DNA of 62,508 nt from positions 293,318 through 355,825 of the IMG/VR virus record IMGVR_UViG_3300014208_000001. One strand, given 5' to 3'. The stretch comes from a virus (taxonomy: Duplodnaviria > Heunggongvirae > Uroviricota > Caudoviricetes). Both the position numbers and the translations under genes were made by a program. The notes under the pieces are model-generated. The model had not been told where the DNA came from and did no database searches. It was given only the letters and a program-made list of their open reading frames with translations. Numbering within the stretch: the stretch's first letter is position 1; each line of letters begins with the position of its first letter. Of this stretch, positions 10,400 to 19,831 are shown piece by piece.

Positions 10400-12033
10400 T
10401 GAATTGGACAGAACTTCAACGAGAATCATTTAAATTATTGATTCAAAAAAAGTTAGGGCCAAAATATCAAAAACGATTAATATTTGAATTTAAAGAAATA
10501 GAAAAACAAGGAGCCAACGCATATTGGCTCAATATTATAAATAACAAATTAAAATTCACTGATAATCCTAATAAATTATTACTGCCATGGCTGCATTCGG
10601 CGGTCATAGATGATAGTGATCCTTTAGACGATCATACAATCACAACAGCAAATTTCAATATTATTAAAAAATATCAAGATGAGCATGGGGCATTACCAAT
10701 CGGTATTATAAAAGATACTGATATGCCAGATATCGATATTGATTGCTTACCAATGGCTAGAGAACATATTAAAAAATTCGCAATGGCAAAATATAACATT
10801 ATATCGAATGATAATTATGGAGCAGTGTGTAGTGTGGGAGCGTGGCAAACATTTAAATTCAAAGCGGCATTACGAGATGTTGCATCAGCAACCGGATTAT
10901 GCAGCAAAAGTGAAATATTCGAATTAACAAAATTATTACCTGATGAAGTAGATGAAATAAAAGAAGGAGGATTATCAACATGTAAAGGAAAAATAATAGA
11001 TATAAATACAAATATCACAAAAGATTGCAAAACATCACATAGATTAATCGAATGTCCAAATTGCGCGAGTAAAGAAACAGAATCACCGACTATAGGTCAA
11101 GTTTTAAATGACCATAAATATCTAACAGAATTCTACACAAAATATCCAACCATAGTAGAATCTGCTATCAATTTAATAGGACGAGTGCAACACATTGGTA
11201 TGCATGCTGGAGCGATTATAATCGCTGATAGGTCATTATTTGGTAATATTCCGATGTCAAAAAGCAAAAGTAAAGGTTCAGAATATTGGGTTAGTATGTG
11301 GTCAGAAGGCAGAAATACTCAATTATCAAAATTTGGCTTCACAAAATGGGATATTTTAGGATTAAAAACACTCGAGTATATTTATGAATGTTGCAAATTA
11401 TTAAGGTCAACTAAGAACATATATTTTGGCGAAAAAACAACAGATCCAGAATATGTGCCAATGGATGGTTGGGATCATGTTAATCCAAAATTTGTAGGAG
11501 AAATCGAAGGTACTAAAGTTAAAGGTATGGCTGGGTATTATTATATTAATGACGAGAAGAAGTGGATTAGCCTAAATGATGATAATGTTTTAAGGACAGC
11601 TAGAGAATTAAAAACGGATACTGTATTCCAATTTGATACAGAATTGGCAAAATCAATATTAAAAACAGGTACACCAAAATCATTTGATGACTTAATGTTA
11701 CTAAGTGCAATGGGCCACCCTGGTCCGATGGACTGCTGTGCGCCATACGCAAAAGTGTTAACAGATGACGGATACGTGGAAATTAAAGATATTGACGGAT
11801 CTCAAAATATAGCGTATATCAATGACCAAAATGAAATATCATACACAACTCAATATCTAATTGGAGAATCTGGCGAGAAAGAAATATTTGAAATCGAAAC
11901 CGAAGATGGAAATATTGTTCCAGTATCAAAAGACCATTTGATACTGACTCCAAAAGGATTTATCAAAGTTCAAGATCTAAAAGAAAACGATGATATTATG
12001 AATTTAACGCCACAAACACCAAAAGAAACATAA
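10390..12033 (+). CDS. dnaE: DNA polymerase III alpha, piece 3: catalytic palm/thumb ending in IntN2
   Basis: MPDIDIDC, KAALRDVA, GMHAGAIII, KWDILGLKTL, VFQFD and HPGPMD|C motifs. Confidence 0.95.
   Translation: MGMMNWTELQRESFKLLIQKKLGPKYQKRLIFEFKEIEKQGANAYWLNIINNKLKFTDNPNKLLLPWLHSAVIDDSDPLDDHTITTANFNIIKKYQDEHGALPIGIIKDTDMPDIDIDCLPMAREHIKKFAMAKYNIISNDNYGAVCSVGAWQTFKFKAALRDVASATGLCSKSEIFELTKLLPDEVDEIKEGGLSTCKGKIIDINTNITKDCKTSHRLIECPNCASKETESPTIGQVLNDHKYLTEFYTKYPTIVESAINLIGRVQHIGMHAGAIIIADRSLFGNIPMSKSKSKGSEYWVSMWSEGRNTQLSKFGFTKWDILGLKTLEYIYECCKLLRSTKNIYFGEKTTDPEYVPMDGWDHVNPKFVGEIEGTKVKGMAGYYYINDEKKWISLNDDNVLRTARELKTDTVFQFDTELAKSILKTGTPKSFDDLMLLSAMGHPGPMDCCAPYAKVLTDDGYVEIKDIDGSQNIAYINDQNEISYTTQYLIGESGEKEIFEIETEDGNIVPVSKDHLILTPKGFIKVQDLKENDDIMNLTPQTPKET
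11734..12030 (+). other. split intein N-fragment 2 (99 aa)
   Basis: CCAPYAKVLTDDGYVEIKDI...IFEIETEDG...VSKDHLILTPKGFIKVQDLKEND; followed by a stop. Confidence 0.92.
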
Positions 12034-12037
12034 AATT

Positions 12038-12598
12038 ATGAGCAATCCTACACAAGAATTGATAAAATTATCAGCACAACATGGGACATCGTTTTTGACA
12101 GATACTATATTAACAAACCCTAAATTCGCAATATGGAGCGGTTCATCTAAGCCGTTCCAACATCATTATGGTAAAGGTGGACTAGCCCAACATACATTAG
12201 AAGTCACACAATTATGTTTACAATCTAATATAACACTTGGTAACCCAGTACCAATTCAACATATTTTGCTAGCCGCGATTTTTCATGATTGTGGCAAAAT
12301 GTGGGATTATGAACCGCTTGATGATTCTTTTGAAGAGTGGCAAGGTACTATTCATAAAAGAAGAATTCATCATATTTCTAGATCAGCTATAATATGGACG
12401 GAAACAATCAATAATTTTAAAAATGCATTTGCATTCCAATATAAAGATGAAATCTTACACGCTATTTTATCACATCATGGGTTACGCGAATGGGGTAGCC
12501 CAGTATCGCCTAACACCAAATTAGCGTGGCTATTACATTTGTGTGATGGTATTAGTGCAAGAATTAATGATTGTGACAAGCAATCAGATATTACGTAA
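12038..12598 (+). CDS. HD-domain phosphohydrolase (YhaM-like HD domain)
   Basis: HH..GGLAQHTLEV, FHDCGK, HAILSHHG..EWGSP and LHLCD motifs. Confidence 0.88.
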   Translation: MSNPTQELIKLSAQHGTSFLTDTILTNPKFAIWSGSSKPFQHHYGKGGLAQHTLEVTQLCLQSNITLGNPVPIQHILLAAIFHDCGKMWDYEPLDDSFEEWQGTIHKRRIHHISRSAIIWTETINNFKNAFAFQYKDEILHAILSHHGLREWGSPVSPNTKLAWLLHLCDGISARINDCDKQSDIT

Positions 12599-12811
12599 TT
12601 CGAGTTCTAATGTAATCGATTGTGCCAATAGTTTTTTAGCGTGAGTTTGTTGTATACTATCTGATAATAATTTATTGGTCATATCAAACAATAACGGGGA
12701 CACTATAATTAAATCTTTGCATGTATAAATAAATATTTTTAAACATATATGTGGATATCCTTCTATGGCATTTTCTAATATTTCTTCAACTATTTGTAAT
12801 TCTGCTTCCAT
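12584..12811 (-). CDS. hypothetical protein
   Basis: third of three tandem minus-strand ORFs. Confidence 0.5.
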   Translation of the reverse strand: MEAELQIVEEILENAIEGYPHICLKIFIYTCKDLIIVSPLLFDMTNKLLSDSIQQTHAKKLLAQSITLELELRNI

Positions 12812-12820
12812 AATGTATAT

Positions 12821-13135
12821 TTATGTGTAGAATTCGTTTAATTCATTAATTTCAATGATCATTGATATTTTATCTATGATATTATCACAAGAATTTTCGG
12901 TATCAATTAGATTAATTATTTCTTGATGTACTATTCTCATTTGATCGGTAGTAGCGCCACATATATGCGACGCGTAAATAGTGACCATTATAGAATCATC
13001 ACAACGTACATTAAACCAGACAATTCTATATTGGTTTCTGGCAACGAAAGCATTATTTATGATATCGATTCCTAAATATTTAGAAATGCGATCACATATC
13101 ATGTCTTCGATAGCAGATTTTACATGATTAGTCAT
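12821..13135 (-). CDS. hypothetical protein
   Basis: 104-aa ORF coupled to the upstream ORF. Confidence 0.55.
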   Translation of the reverse strand: MTNHVKSAIEDMICDRISKYLGIDIINNAFVARNQYRIVWFNVRCDDSIMVTIYASHICGATTDQMRIVHQEIINLIDTENSCDNIIDKISMIIEINELNEFYT

Positions 13136-13470
13136 TTATAATCTCTAAAAGATTCCATACGTCTAGTGATCAAAATATGAGTTAATGTTGATAATACTTT
13201 TTCAATTGATGTATCTAATTTATCAGGTAATGTATTAATTTTAATAATATTATTTGATCCATTACCATTCCATATTTTTACTATTATATCACCTCCATCA
13301 TAAATTGTAGTGATCACTGATGTATGCACTACGACTTTACCATTCCGTAAATTATTAATTTCATAAAAATCGGCATATAATACAGTAGTTGGTTTTTCAA
13401 AATTATATCTTTTAGCAATAGCTTCTATAACCATATCATGGACGGCACGCAATAGGTCTAAATCGTACAT
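13132..13470 (-). CDS. hypothetical protein
   Basis: 112-aa ORF. Confidence 0.55.
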   Translation of the reverse strand: MYDLDLLRAVHDMVIEAIAKRYNFEKPTTVLYADFYEINNLRNGKVVVHTSVITTIYDGGDIIVKIWNGNGSNNIIKINTLPDKLDTSIEKVLSTLTHILITRRMESFRDYK

Positions 13471-13503
13471 AATACATATTGCATTGCGTCGTATTTTGTT
13501 AAA

Positions 13504-13926
13504 ATGTTACTATCAAACGGAAACTTATGGGATCATAATGATGGTTATATTGCTATCACAACAAATGGAGTAATAAAAGATAATGGCGATTTAGTTATGG
13601 GTGCTGGTGTCGCATTAGAAGCTAAAGTAAGATATCCAGAGTTACCAACAATCTTAGGAAAATATGTTTTTGAATATGGGAATCAACCTTATATATGTAA
13701 GAAATTTAAATTAATATCATTCCCGACTAAACATCATTTTAAAAATCCTTCTGATATTGATTTAATATTGCAAAGTGCACGTATTCTTACAAAAATGTTA
13801 GATAGAATTGATATTCAAAAAGTTTATATGCCAAAACCTGGTTGTGGCAATGGTGGATTACAATGGATATATGTCAAACCATTATTAGAAAAGATATTAG
13901 ATGATCGATTCACAATTATCGAGTGA
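13504..13926 (+). CDS. macrodomain (ADP-ribose binding/hydrolase) protein
   Basis: ITTNG...VMGAGVA, FPTK..F..PS and PKPGCGNGGLQW..VKP motifs. Confidence 0.88.
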   Translation: MLLSNGNLWDHNDGYIAITTNGVIKDNGDLVMGAGVALEAKVRYPELPTILGKYVFEYGNQPYICKKFKLISFPTKHHFKNPSDIDLILQSARILTKMLDRIDIQKVYMPKPGCGNGGLQWIYVKPLLEKILDDRFTIIE

Positions 13927-14440
13927 AATAACAATACTAATAATCGATTCATTTAAAACATATATAGGATTATACCATAAATTATACCATGATGAATATG
14001 ATATATATCTACATAAAGGTGGCATAATAGAAATCGTGTTGAATCACAATCGTGGAACAGGGTCATTAACATCAAGTTGTGTATCTGTTTTAATTAATTT
14101 GACTAATAATATTATGATACGATATCATAACGCATATAATAGCGCATTTTGTGGTGTTTTACATAATGAAAATGTTGACTATGATGAGTTTGATCCTTCA
14201 ACTATTTTAGATAAACTCGTGATGCTTCATGTTTATAACACATTACAATTACATACAAGATATGCGACGTATATACAAGATACTAATACTATATATATCA
14301 AAAGTTTGCGAATAACATTACTATGTGACTTATTCACTTTATATGATTCTAAAAATGAAACAACTACTGAAATACATAGGGGTATACACAACGAGTCTAA
14401 AATGATTGAATTTGTACTAAGGAGTAATCATGAAGATTAA
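13901..14440 (+). CDS. hypothetical protein
   Basis: 179-aa ORF. Confidence 0.55.
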   Translation: MIDSQLSSEITILIIDSFKTYIGLYHKLYHDEYDIYLHKGGIIEIVLNHNRGTGSLTSSCVSVLINLTNNIMIRYHNAYNSAFCGVLHNENVDYDEFDPSTILDKLVMLHVYNTLQLHTRYATYIQDTNTIYIKSLRITLLCDLFTLYDSKNETTTEIHRGIHNESKMIEFVLRSNHED

Positions 14441-16055
14441 ATCGATCACGAGCAAAGGGGTAATGAAAACATATGATATATTAAATAACGCACCGAATAA
14501 ATTATTAAATCAAGGTAATTTTATAATTGATAATATAATAGTACATAATTCGATACCAGATGTCATCAAAAATCGTGATGATAAAACTGATAAATGGAAA
14601 GCAGAATTAAAACATTTATCTAATGATATATATAACATATTACAAACCACATATGGTAAAATTGTGTTTCAAGAGCAATTGGCAAATATTTGGCAAATAG
14701 TTGGTGGGTTTACCGCTACAGAAGCCCAAGAAGCACGAAAATCAGTAGCCAAAAAATGGGTAGAAAAACTTAAACCCATCAAACAAAAATGGATAACTGG
14801 TGCAACAACAACATTAGGATATGATGAAGCTATAAAGTGGTGGGATGATATGGAGTCTTTCGGACGATATGCTTTTAATAAGTCACACTCTGTTGCATAT
14901 AGTTTAGTTGCATATAGATGTTTATATTTGAAAACATATTATCCAGCCGAATGGTGGGCGACAGTTATGACTAGATGCCATCGGCAAAAATTAACGAGAT
15001 TTATGGAAGTGGCCAGATCAGAAAATGTTAGATTTGGTATTTTCGACCCAAATCATCTTACTGGCGATTTTACAGTTCTTAAAGACAATGATGGAAGCGA
15101 TTATATAAGTCCAGGATTGTTAGGTGTTAAAGGAGTGAAATCAAAGGCTACCGTGTACGAAGGTAAAGGTGATTTCACAAATATAGATGATTTTATAAAT
15201 GCTAAAGGTGCCCATAAAGTAACAATGGAAAGATTAATAAAATTAGGTACTTTTTCACGCATGGAAGGTCATAGCAATATAAAAGCAACATGGATGTGGT
15301 ATTTGTATGCGTACACTAAAGACACAAAAGTGCGTAGTGAAATAAAGGCACAACTATTAGAGGTTCAAGGATGGGATCAAAATACCATACGTGAAGAAAT
15401 AGAACGTCAAGCTAAAGAATATAGAATTTTATATCCAAAGCGAAATAAAATACCAACCAAAATATTGAATTGGAAACCTAAACCAAATGATGATAGAGAA
15501 AGTGTTATGAAATTGGTCGTAAATGATTACACATTATCTGAATTACTTGCATTCGAAAAAGATTATTTGGGGTATTATTTAAGATCGCCATTAGATATGT
15601 ATAAATTATCTGGTTTAACAATATCATCAGCTAAGAAGTATTTTAAAAATAACGCCGGTGCTGAATCATATAAAACAATAGCCAGAATTGAATGTGTCGT
15701 GCAAAATGCATACATAGGTCAAACTAAAGACAAAAAATCGACATTTGCCAGATTGGCTATCACTGATGGCAAATTAACAGCTAGTGTATTTTGCTGGGAA
15801 AAAGAATTAGATGATATAGTGGCGCAATGGTATCATAAAGAAAATTCAATTGATTTATTGTTTGTTGTTGGTAAATTAATGTCAGAAGGTAAAGAAGAAG
15901 AAGCAACACAATTTTATTCAGATGTATATGATTCATATTTAAAATATATAACAAGTAAAGGAGTAAAAATTAGCGTGGTATATAATGAGCAGAGATCAAC
16001 ATACAGTATTGCCAAAAGAACGCCAATCACATTTTTAGAATTGAGAGCCACATGA
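14430..16055 (+). CDS. dnaE: DNA polymerase III alpha, piece 4: IntC2 (14430-14549) plus fingers/HhH/OB-fold extein
   Basis: AAGGAG RBS; MKIKSITSKG..KTYDI...NFIIDNIIVHN|SIPD; TYGKIVFQEQ, RYAFNKSHSVAY, YLKTYYPAEWW and EKDYLGYY motifs. Confidence 0.95.
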   Translation: MKIKSITSKGVMKTYDILNNAPNKLLNQGNFIIDNIIVHNSIPDVIKNRDDKTDKWKAELKHLSNDIYNILQTTYGKIVFQEQLANIWQIVGGFTATEAQEARKSVAKKWVEKLKPIKQKWITGATTTLGYDEAIKWWDDMESFGRYAFNKSHSVAYSLVAYRCLYLKTYYPAEWWATVMTRCHRQKLTRFMEVARSENVRFGIFDPNHLTGDFTVLKDNDGSDYISPGLLGVKGVKSKATVYEGKGDFTNIDDFINAKGAHKVTMERLIKLGTFSRMEGHSNIKATWMWYLYAYTKDTKVRSEIKAQLLEVQGWDQNTIREEIERQAKEYRILYPKRNKIPTKILNWKPKPNDDRESVMKLVVNDYTLSELLAFEKDYLGYYLRSPLDMYKLSGLTISSAKKYFKNNAGAESYKTIARIECVVQNAYIGQTKDKKSTFARLAITDGKLTASVFCWEKELDDIVAQWYHKENSIDLLFVVGKLMSEGKEEEATQFYSDVYDSYLKYITSKGVKISVVYNEQRSTYSIAKRTPITFLELRAT

Positions 16056-16678
16056 GTTATAATCCATATGATTTAATCACAATCACGTTTAATGGCCAAA
16101 GTGGCTTATATGCTAGACCGATTGAATTAGACAGTGAAATAGTTGATCATAATAAAATGACTAATGCAGCCGGTGAATTGGCTAAGCCTAAAACATTCGT
16201 TACCACATGTCCAACATGTGGTGATGGTGTTCAATTCGAAGCTGATGTATATCAGCCATATCATGTAGATTATACGTGTGAGTATTATTGTGACAGATGT
16301 CCTATTAAAACCAAACCATCAGTTAATCCATTTAGAACTGTTGATATCGATTTGAATCCGGTTGTGTCAGAAACAATCGAACCAATTAATGATGATGATC
16401 ATCACTCTTTTGAAAAGAATGATGTACCAATCGAGAATAAAGAGCTATTAGAAACTCTATCGAATATTACGGATGAATCATTAGAAGTCGTAATGACCAC
16501 GCCGATGCCATCAGAAACACTTTCTCAACCGGTCGAAGAGAAAGTTGAACCATCGGTGCCAAGTGACGTGGCTATGCCAAGCGAACCACAAGAAGCCGAT
16601 CAGAAATATGATACAAAATTAACTGCCGAATCTGAAGATGATAAGAAGAAACCTAAGAAATCAAAGAAATCTGAATGA
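16052..16678 (+). CDS. hypothetical Zn-ribbon protein with acidic low-complexity tail
   Basis: CPTC...CDRC; E/P-rich C-terminus. Confidence 0.6.
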   Translation: MSYNPYDLITITFNGQSGLYARPIELDSEIVDHNKMTNAAGELAKPKTFVTTCPTCGDGVQFEADVYQPYHVDYTCEYYCDRCPIKTKPSVNPFRTVDIDLNPVVSETIEPINDDDHHSFEKNDVPIENKELLETLSNITDESLEVVMTTPMPSETLSQPVEEKVEPSVPSDVAMPSEPQEADQKYDTKLTAESEDDKKKPKKSKKSE

Positions 16679-17589
16679 ATTTTATACTCGGATCTGGGAT
16701 AAATGCGTTATTAGCCAAATTAATAATGGGTAATTCGTGGCAGATTGTGCCATTTGGTAGGAGTAGGTTTTTTTCATTTAATCCTGCATTATGCGATAAT
16801 TTCATAATCAAAGATGATAGAATATCAGAATTCTTAAAAGACGCATTTAAAATATCATCAGAATCATTCGATTATAAGTGTGCGTATTCTACAGGAGGTC
16901 ATATATACAATGAATATGATACTAATCTAACTGACGATTGGTTACATAAAATATATAATGGTCAAGCACCTGGCCATTTACAACATTATTATAAATCACA
17001 TATGAAATTTGAAGTGTATAATTTACGAATTAATAAATTATACACTACTTTATTGAATAGTATGAAAGATGAAATTATAAGTAATTCGACGCTTGGAAAC
17101 ATAACATCAATTAATGATGGATACTTTATACGCAATGGTAAAAAAGAAGAGTACAATAAAATAATAAACACTATCCCACAAAATGCATTTATGACATTAT
17201 GTGGTAAAACTAGTAATTTAATTGCCAAAGATGTTTCAATATTGCATATTGAAACAGCTAAACTAAATTTTGAAGGATATAATCAGTTATGGGTAACTGA
17301 TAGAATGTTTGATTTTTATAAAGTTACTCAAGTTAGTCCTAATAGATATGTATTTTATTGCCATAATGATATCCCACAGCCTGGACCATATTTTATGCCG
17401 ATTTTGGGCAATGATTTTGATATATTAGATGGTACATCAATACAACATATGCTACCGATTAATAAGGTTACTCAATTTGATACAGATAATATAAAACATG
17501 TAGGATCGATGGCACAATGGGATGTTGGAATGGATGTTGGATCATGTATTATAAAATTATTGATGCTATCAACGTGGGGCAGGAACTGA
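16675..17589 (+). CDS. FAD/NAD-binding oxidoreductase-like protein
   Basis: N-terminal ILGSGINALLA Rossmann-like motif; IINTIP; C-terminal GSMAQW. Confidence 0.55.
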   Translation: MNFILGSGINALLAKLIMGNSWQIVPFGRSRFFSFNPALCDNFIIKDDRISEFLKDAFKISSESFDYKCAYSTGGHIYNEYDTNLTDDWLHKIYNGQAPGHLQHYYKSHMKFEVYNLRINKLYTTLLNSMKDEIISNSTLGNITSINDGYFIRNGKKEEYNKIINTIPQNAFMTLCGKTSNLIAKDVSILHIETAKLNFEGYNQLWVTDRMFDFYKVTQVSPNRYVFYCHNDIPQPGPYFMPILGNDFDILDGTSIQHMLPINKVTQFDTDNIKHVGSMAQWDVGMDVGSCIIKLLMLSTWGRN

Positions 17590-17958
17590 TATTAAAGTTA
17601 GATTATGTTGTGTGGTTGACGTAATAGATTCATTGTCTTCCATCATTGATCGCATAATACTTAAAAAATCTTCAACATATGGAACTGATGTTATTTTATC
17701 ATCCATATCTAATAATAATATTGATTTTTCACAAAAATACACAGTCGGTGACATTACTGTAATAAATATTGAGTCTAATTTTGCTAATATTATAGACGGT
17801 AAACCATATGGTCTACTAGTCGGAGTATAATCATAATGAATTATATCAAATATTTGAGGTGAAGCGTATATCAAAAATTCATCTCCGAATTCTTGCATTA
17901 TACCTTCTATATAATGTACAAAATCGCTACCTTCGATTGATGTGTGGTCGAATTTCAT
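17569..17958 (-). CDS. hypothetical protein
   Basis: 129-aa ORF. Confidence 0.5.
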   Translation of the reverse strand: MKFDHTSIEGSDFVHYIEGIMQEFGDEFLIYASPQIFDIIHYDYTPTSRPYGLPSIILAKLDSIFITVMSPTVYFCEKSILLLDMDDKITSVPYVEDFLSIMRSMMEDNESITSTTQHNLTLISVPAPR

Positions 17959-17988
17959 AGATGTTTATTTCTGAGAATCGGCTGTTTG

Positions 17989-18249
17989 TTAATCGTTAGC
18001 CAGCCGCTTATAATAATCTCGTTCAGATCTAGTGGCCAATAAGTCAAATTCCAAATATTTGATATTCAACTGAATATCAGACATAGCGTCCAAAATCGAT
18101 GATGTGACAGCTACTTCTCTCTGGTCACATGACTCAACAATGATTTTTAGATTCATCAATATAATTAATTGTATTTGTTCGTCACATGCTGACGCAATAT
18201 CTATTATGTTTGATATTGCTTCAGACATGTGTTCAGAATGATTAGTCAT
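17989..18249 (-). CDS. hypothetical protein
   Basis: AGGAG RBS; 86 aa. Confidence 0.6.
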   Translation of the reverse strand: MTNHSEHMSEAISNIIDIASACDEQIQLIILMNLKIIVESCDQREVAVTSSILDAMSDIQLNIKYLEFDLLATRSERDYYKRLAND

Positions 18250-18270
18250 ATTATACTCCTATTAATATAT

Positions 18271-18444
18271 TTATCTTAATCGATTATGGCGCGATATCTC
18301 CGATCTGTGAATACCAAAAGTTTTAGGTGCTTCAAAAAGAATTTTACAGCCGCCTTTCCTACAGTCAGCCACTGTAATAATCATTTTTTGCCCGTTAATT
18401 TCTACGATTATCTTCTCATTTTCTTTACGGTCCAATACTAACAT
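18271..18444 (-). CDS. csrA: CsrA/RsmA-family translational regulator (57 aa; below the ORF-track cutoff)
   Basis: hand translation MLVLDRKENEKIIVEINGQKMIITVADCRKGGCKILFEAPKTFGIHRSEISRHNRLR matches MLVLxRK..E.I.I...I.V....V.IG.EAP....IHR.EI; AAGGA RBS. Confidence 0.88.
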   Translation of the reverse strand: MLVLDRKENEKIIVEINGQKMIITVADCRKGGCKILFEAPKTFGIHRSEISRHNRLR

Positions 18445-18507
18445 CTAAAATCCTTTTCAGATTTTTAATTGGTGATCACACCAAACAAATACACAAAACG
18501 TCAAACG

Positions 18508-19176
18508 CTATTGCAATTGAAAACCATTGGACTCAAGCGTTTTACGCGCAGCATTGATATCTTTGATATTGTACCATGATATTTTGGTAGATGATTCACC
18601 TTTGACGAAATCATCAAGTGGTAAAGTATTTCCTTTTTTACCTAATGTGCCATTGTATGTATTGAAGCATAATTTTCTTGGAGGATCAGATAATAAAATT
18701 AATACATGTGCTCGTACGTCTGTGTTTGGATCATCAAATCGAACTTGCGATTTGGTCCAGAGTTCACCGATTTTCTTCAATTCTTCGAAATCAACAACCG
18801 ATGGCTCTTGCTTCATTTTCACTACCTTCGATTTTTTGGCTTTATTGACTGTTCTGCCAATCCAAAACAGCTCTAATTCACCATGGCATTCAAATACGGT
18901 TGACGTATCAGTTGATTCTACACACTTTATATACCTACAAAATGGGCATACAGCATTATATTTATCGTCTAAAGCCGATATCGATGCCACGGATGCTTTA
19001 CCAGCGGCTTCAGATGGTAATAATCTATTGATATTAACTAATATTTCTATATTATCTTTATCTCTTAATGTTGCTATGTGCAATTTGATACTTATAATAG
19101 TATATCCATTCATAATCCGTCCATCTAATCCCAATATGCATACAGATTCTCCTGGTTTCAAAATACCCTCCACCAT
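18508..19176 (-). CDS. hypothetical protein
   Basis: 222-aa ORF with CPFC motif. Confidence 0.6.
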   Translation of the reverse strand: MVEGILKPGESVCILGLDGRIMNGYTIISIKLHIATLRDKDNIEILVNINRLLPSEAAGKASVASISALDDKYNAVCPFCRYIKCVESTDTSTVFECHGELELFWIGRTVNKAKKSKVVKMKQEPSVVDFEELKKIGELWTKSQVRFDDPNTDVRAHVLILLSDPPRKLCFNTYNGTLGKKGNTLPLDDFVKGESSTKISWYNIKDINAARKTLESNGFQLQ

Positions 19177-19201
19177 GTAATACTACAAAATAAAAACAAA
19201 T

Positions 19202-19495
19202 TTACCCGTTAATTTGTTTTAAAAGACGTTGCAATTTAATTTTAGCATTCTTAATAAAGTCTTGATCTGATGATTTTCTTATTCTATCAGCTAATTCTCG
19301 AGCTTGTCTCTTCAAATCATCTACGTCAATAGTATTACTTTCTTCATGCATCGATTTTAAATAATCAATACATAATGTAGCAAATATTTCTACAGTTTGC
19401 TTGTTTCGTAATTTATCGGTAGATAATTGAGTATGTATATTTTGATACGTTTTATGATTAAAAATATTATTTAATAATTCACGTAAACTTTTCAT
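19202..19495 (-). CDS. hypothetical protein
   Basis: 97 aa, ATGA-coupled. Confidence 0.55.
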   Translation of the reverse strand: MKSLRELLNNIFNHKTYQNIHTQLSTDKLRNKQTVEIFATLCIDYLKSMHEESNTIDVDDLKRQARELADRIRKSSDQDFIKNAKIKLQRLLKQING

Positions 19496-19788
19496 TTAAT
19501 GCCTTTCAATATTCGCTTAATGGTATCGACGTCAACATTATCATTATCACCACTAATATGTTTTTGCATTTGAGTGGCCGTTATATTAAAAAATTCGACC
19601 AATTTATTATGAGGTATATATGGTGTCAATTTTTGAAAAACTAACTCCCAAAAATCACGATTATTAAGGATTTGCCCATTATGTTTAGAAGCACTATTAA
19701 TTATATTTTGCAAATTTATATGAACACCCTTGTGTGGCCCACTAGTAAACTCAAAATCATATGATTCATTAATATAATTTAATTTCAT
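19492..19788 (-). CDS. hypothetical protein with MKLNYINE leader
   Basis: GGAGG RBS before ATG 19788. Confidence 0.6.
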   Translation of the reverse strand: MKLNYINESYDFEFTSGPHKGVHINLQNIINSASKHNGQILNNRDFWELVFQKLTPYIPHNKLVEFFNITATQMQKHISGDNDNVDVDTIKRILKGIK

Positions 19789-19831
19789 GTTTCCTCCATA
19801 GTATTTTTGTCCCAAAAGCGAAAATGGTAAA

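Noticed and set aside
18527-19180. 217-aa plus-strand ORF and similar antisense ORFs in the AT-rich region
   Set aside because: They mirror better-supported opposite-strand genes and have no motifs or RBS.
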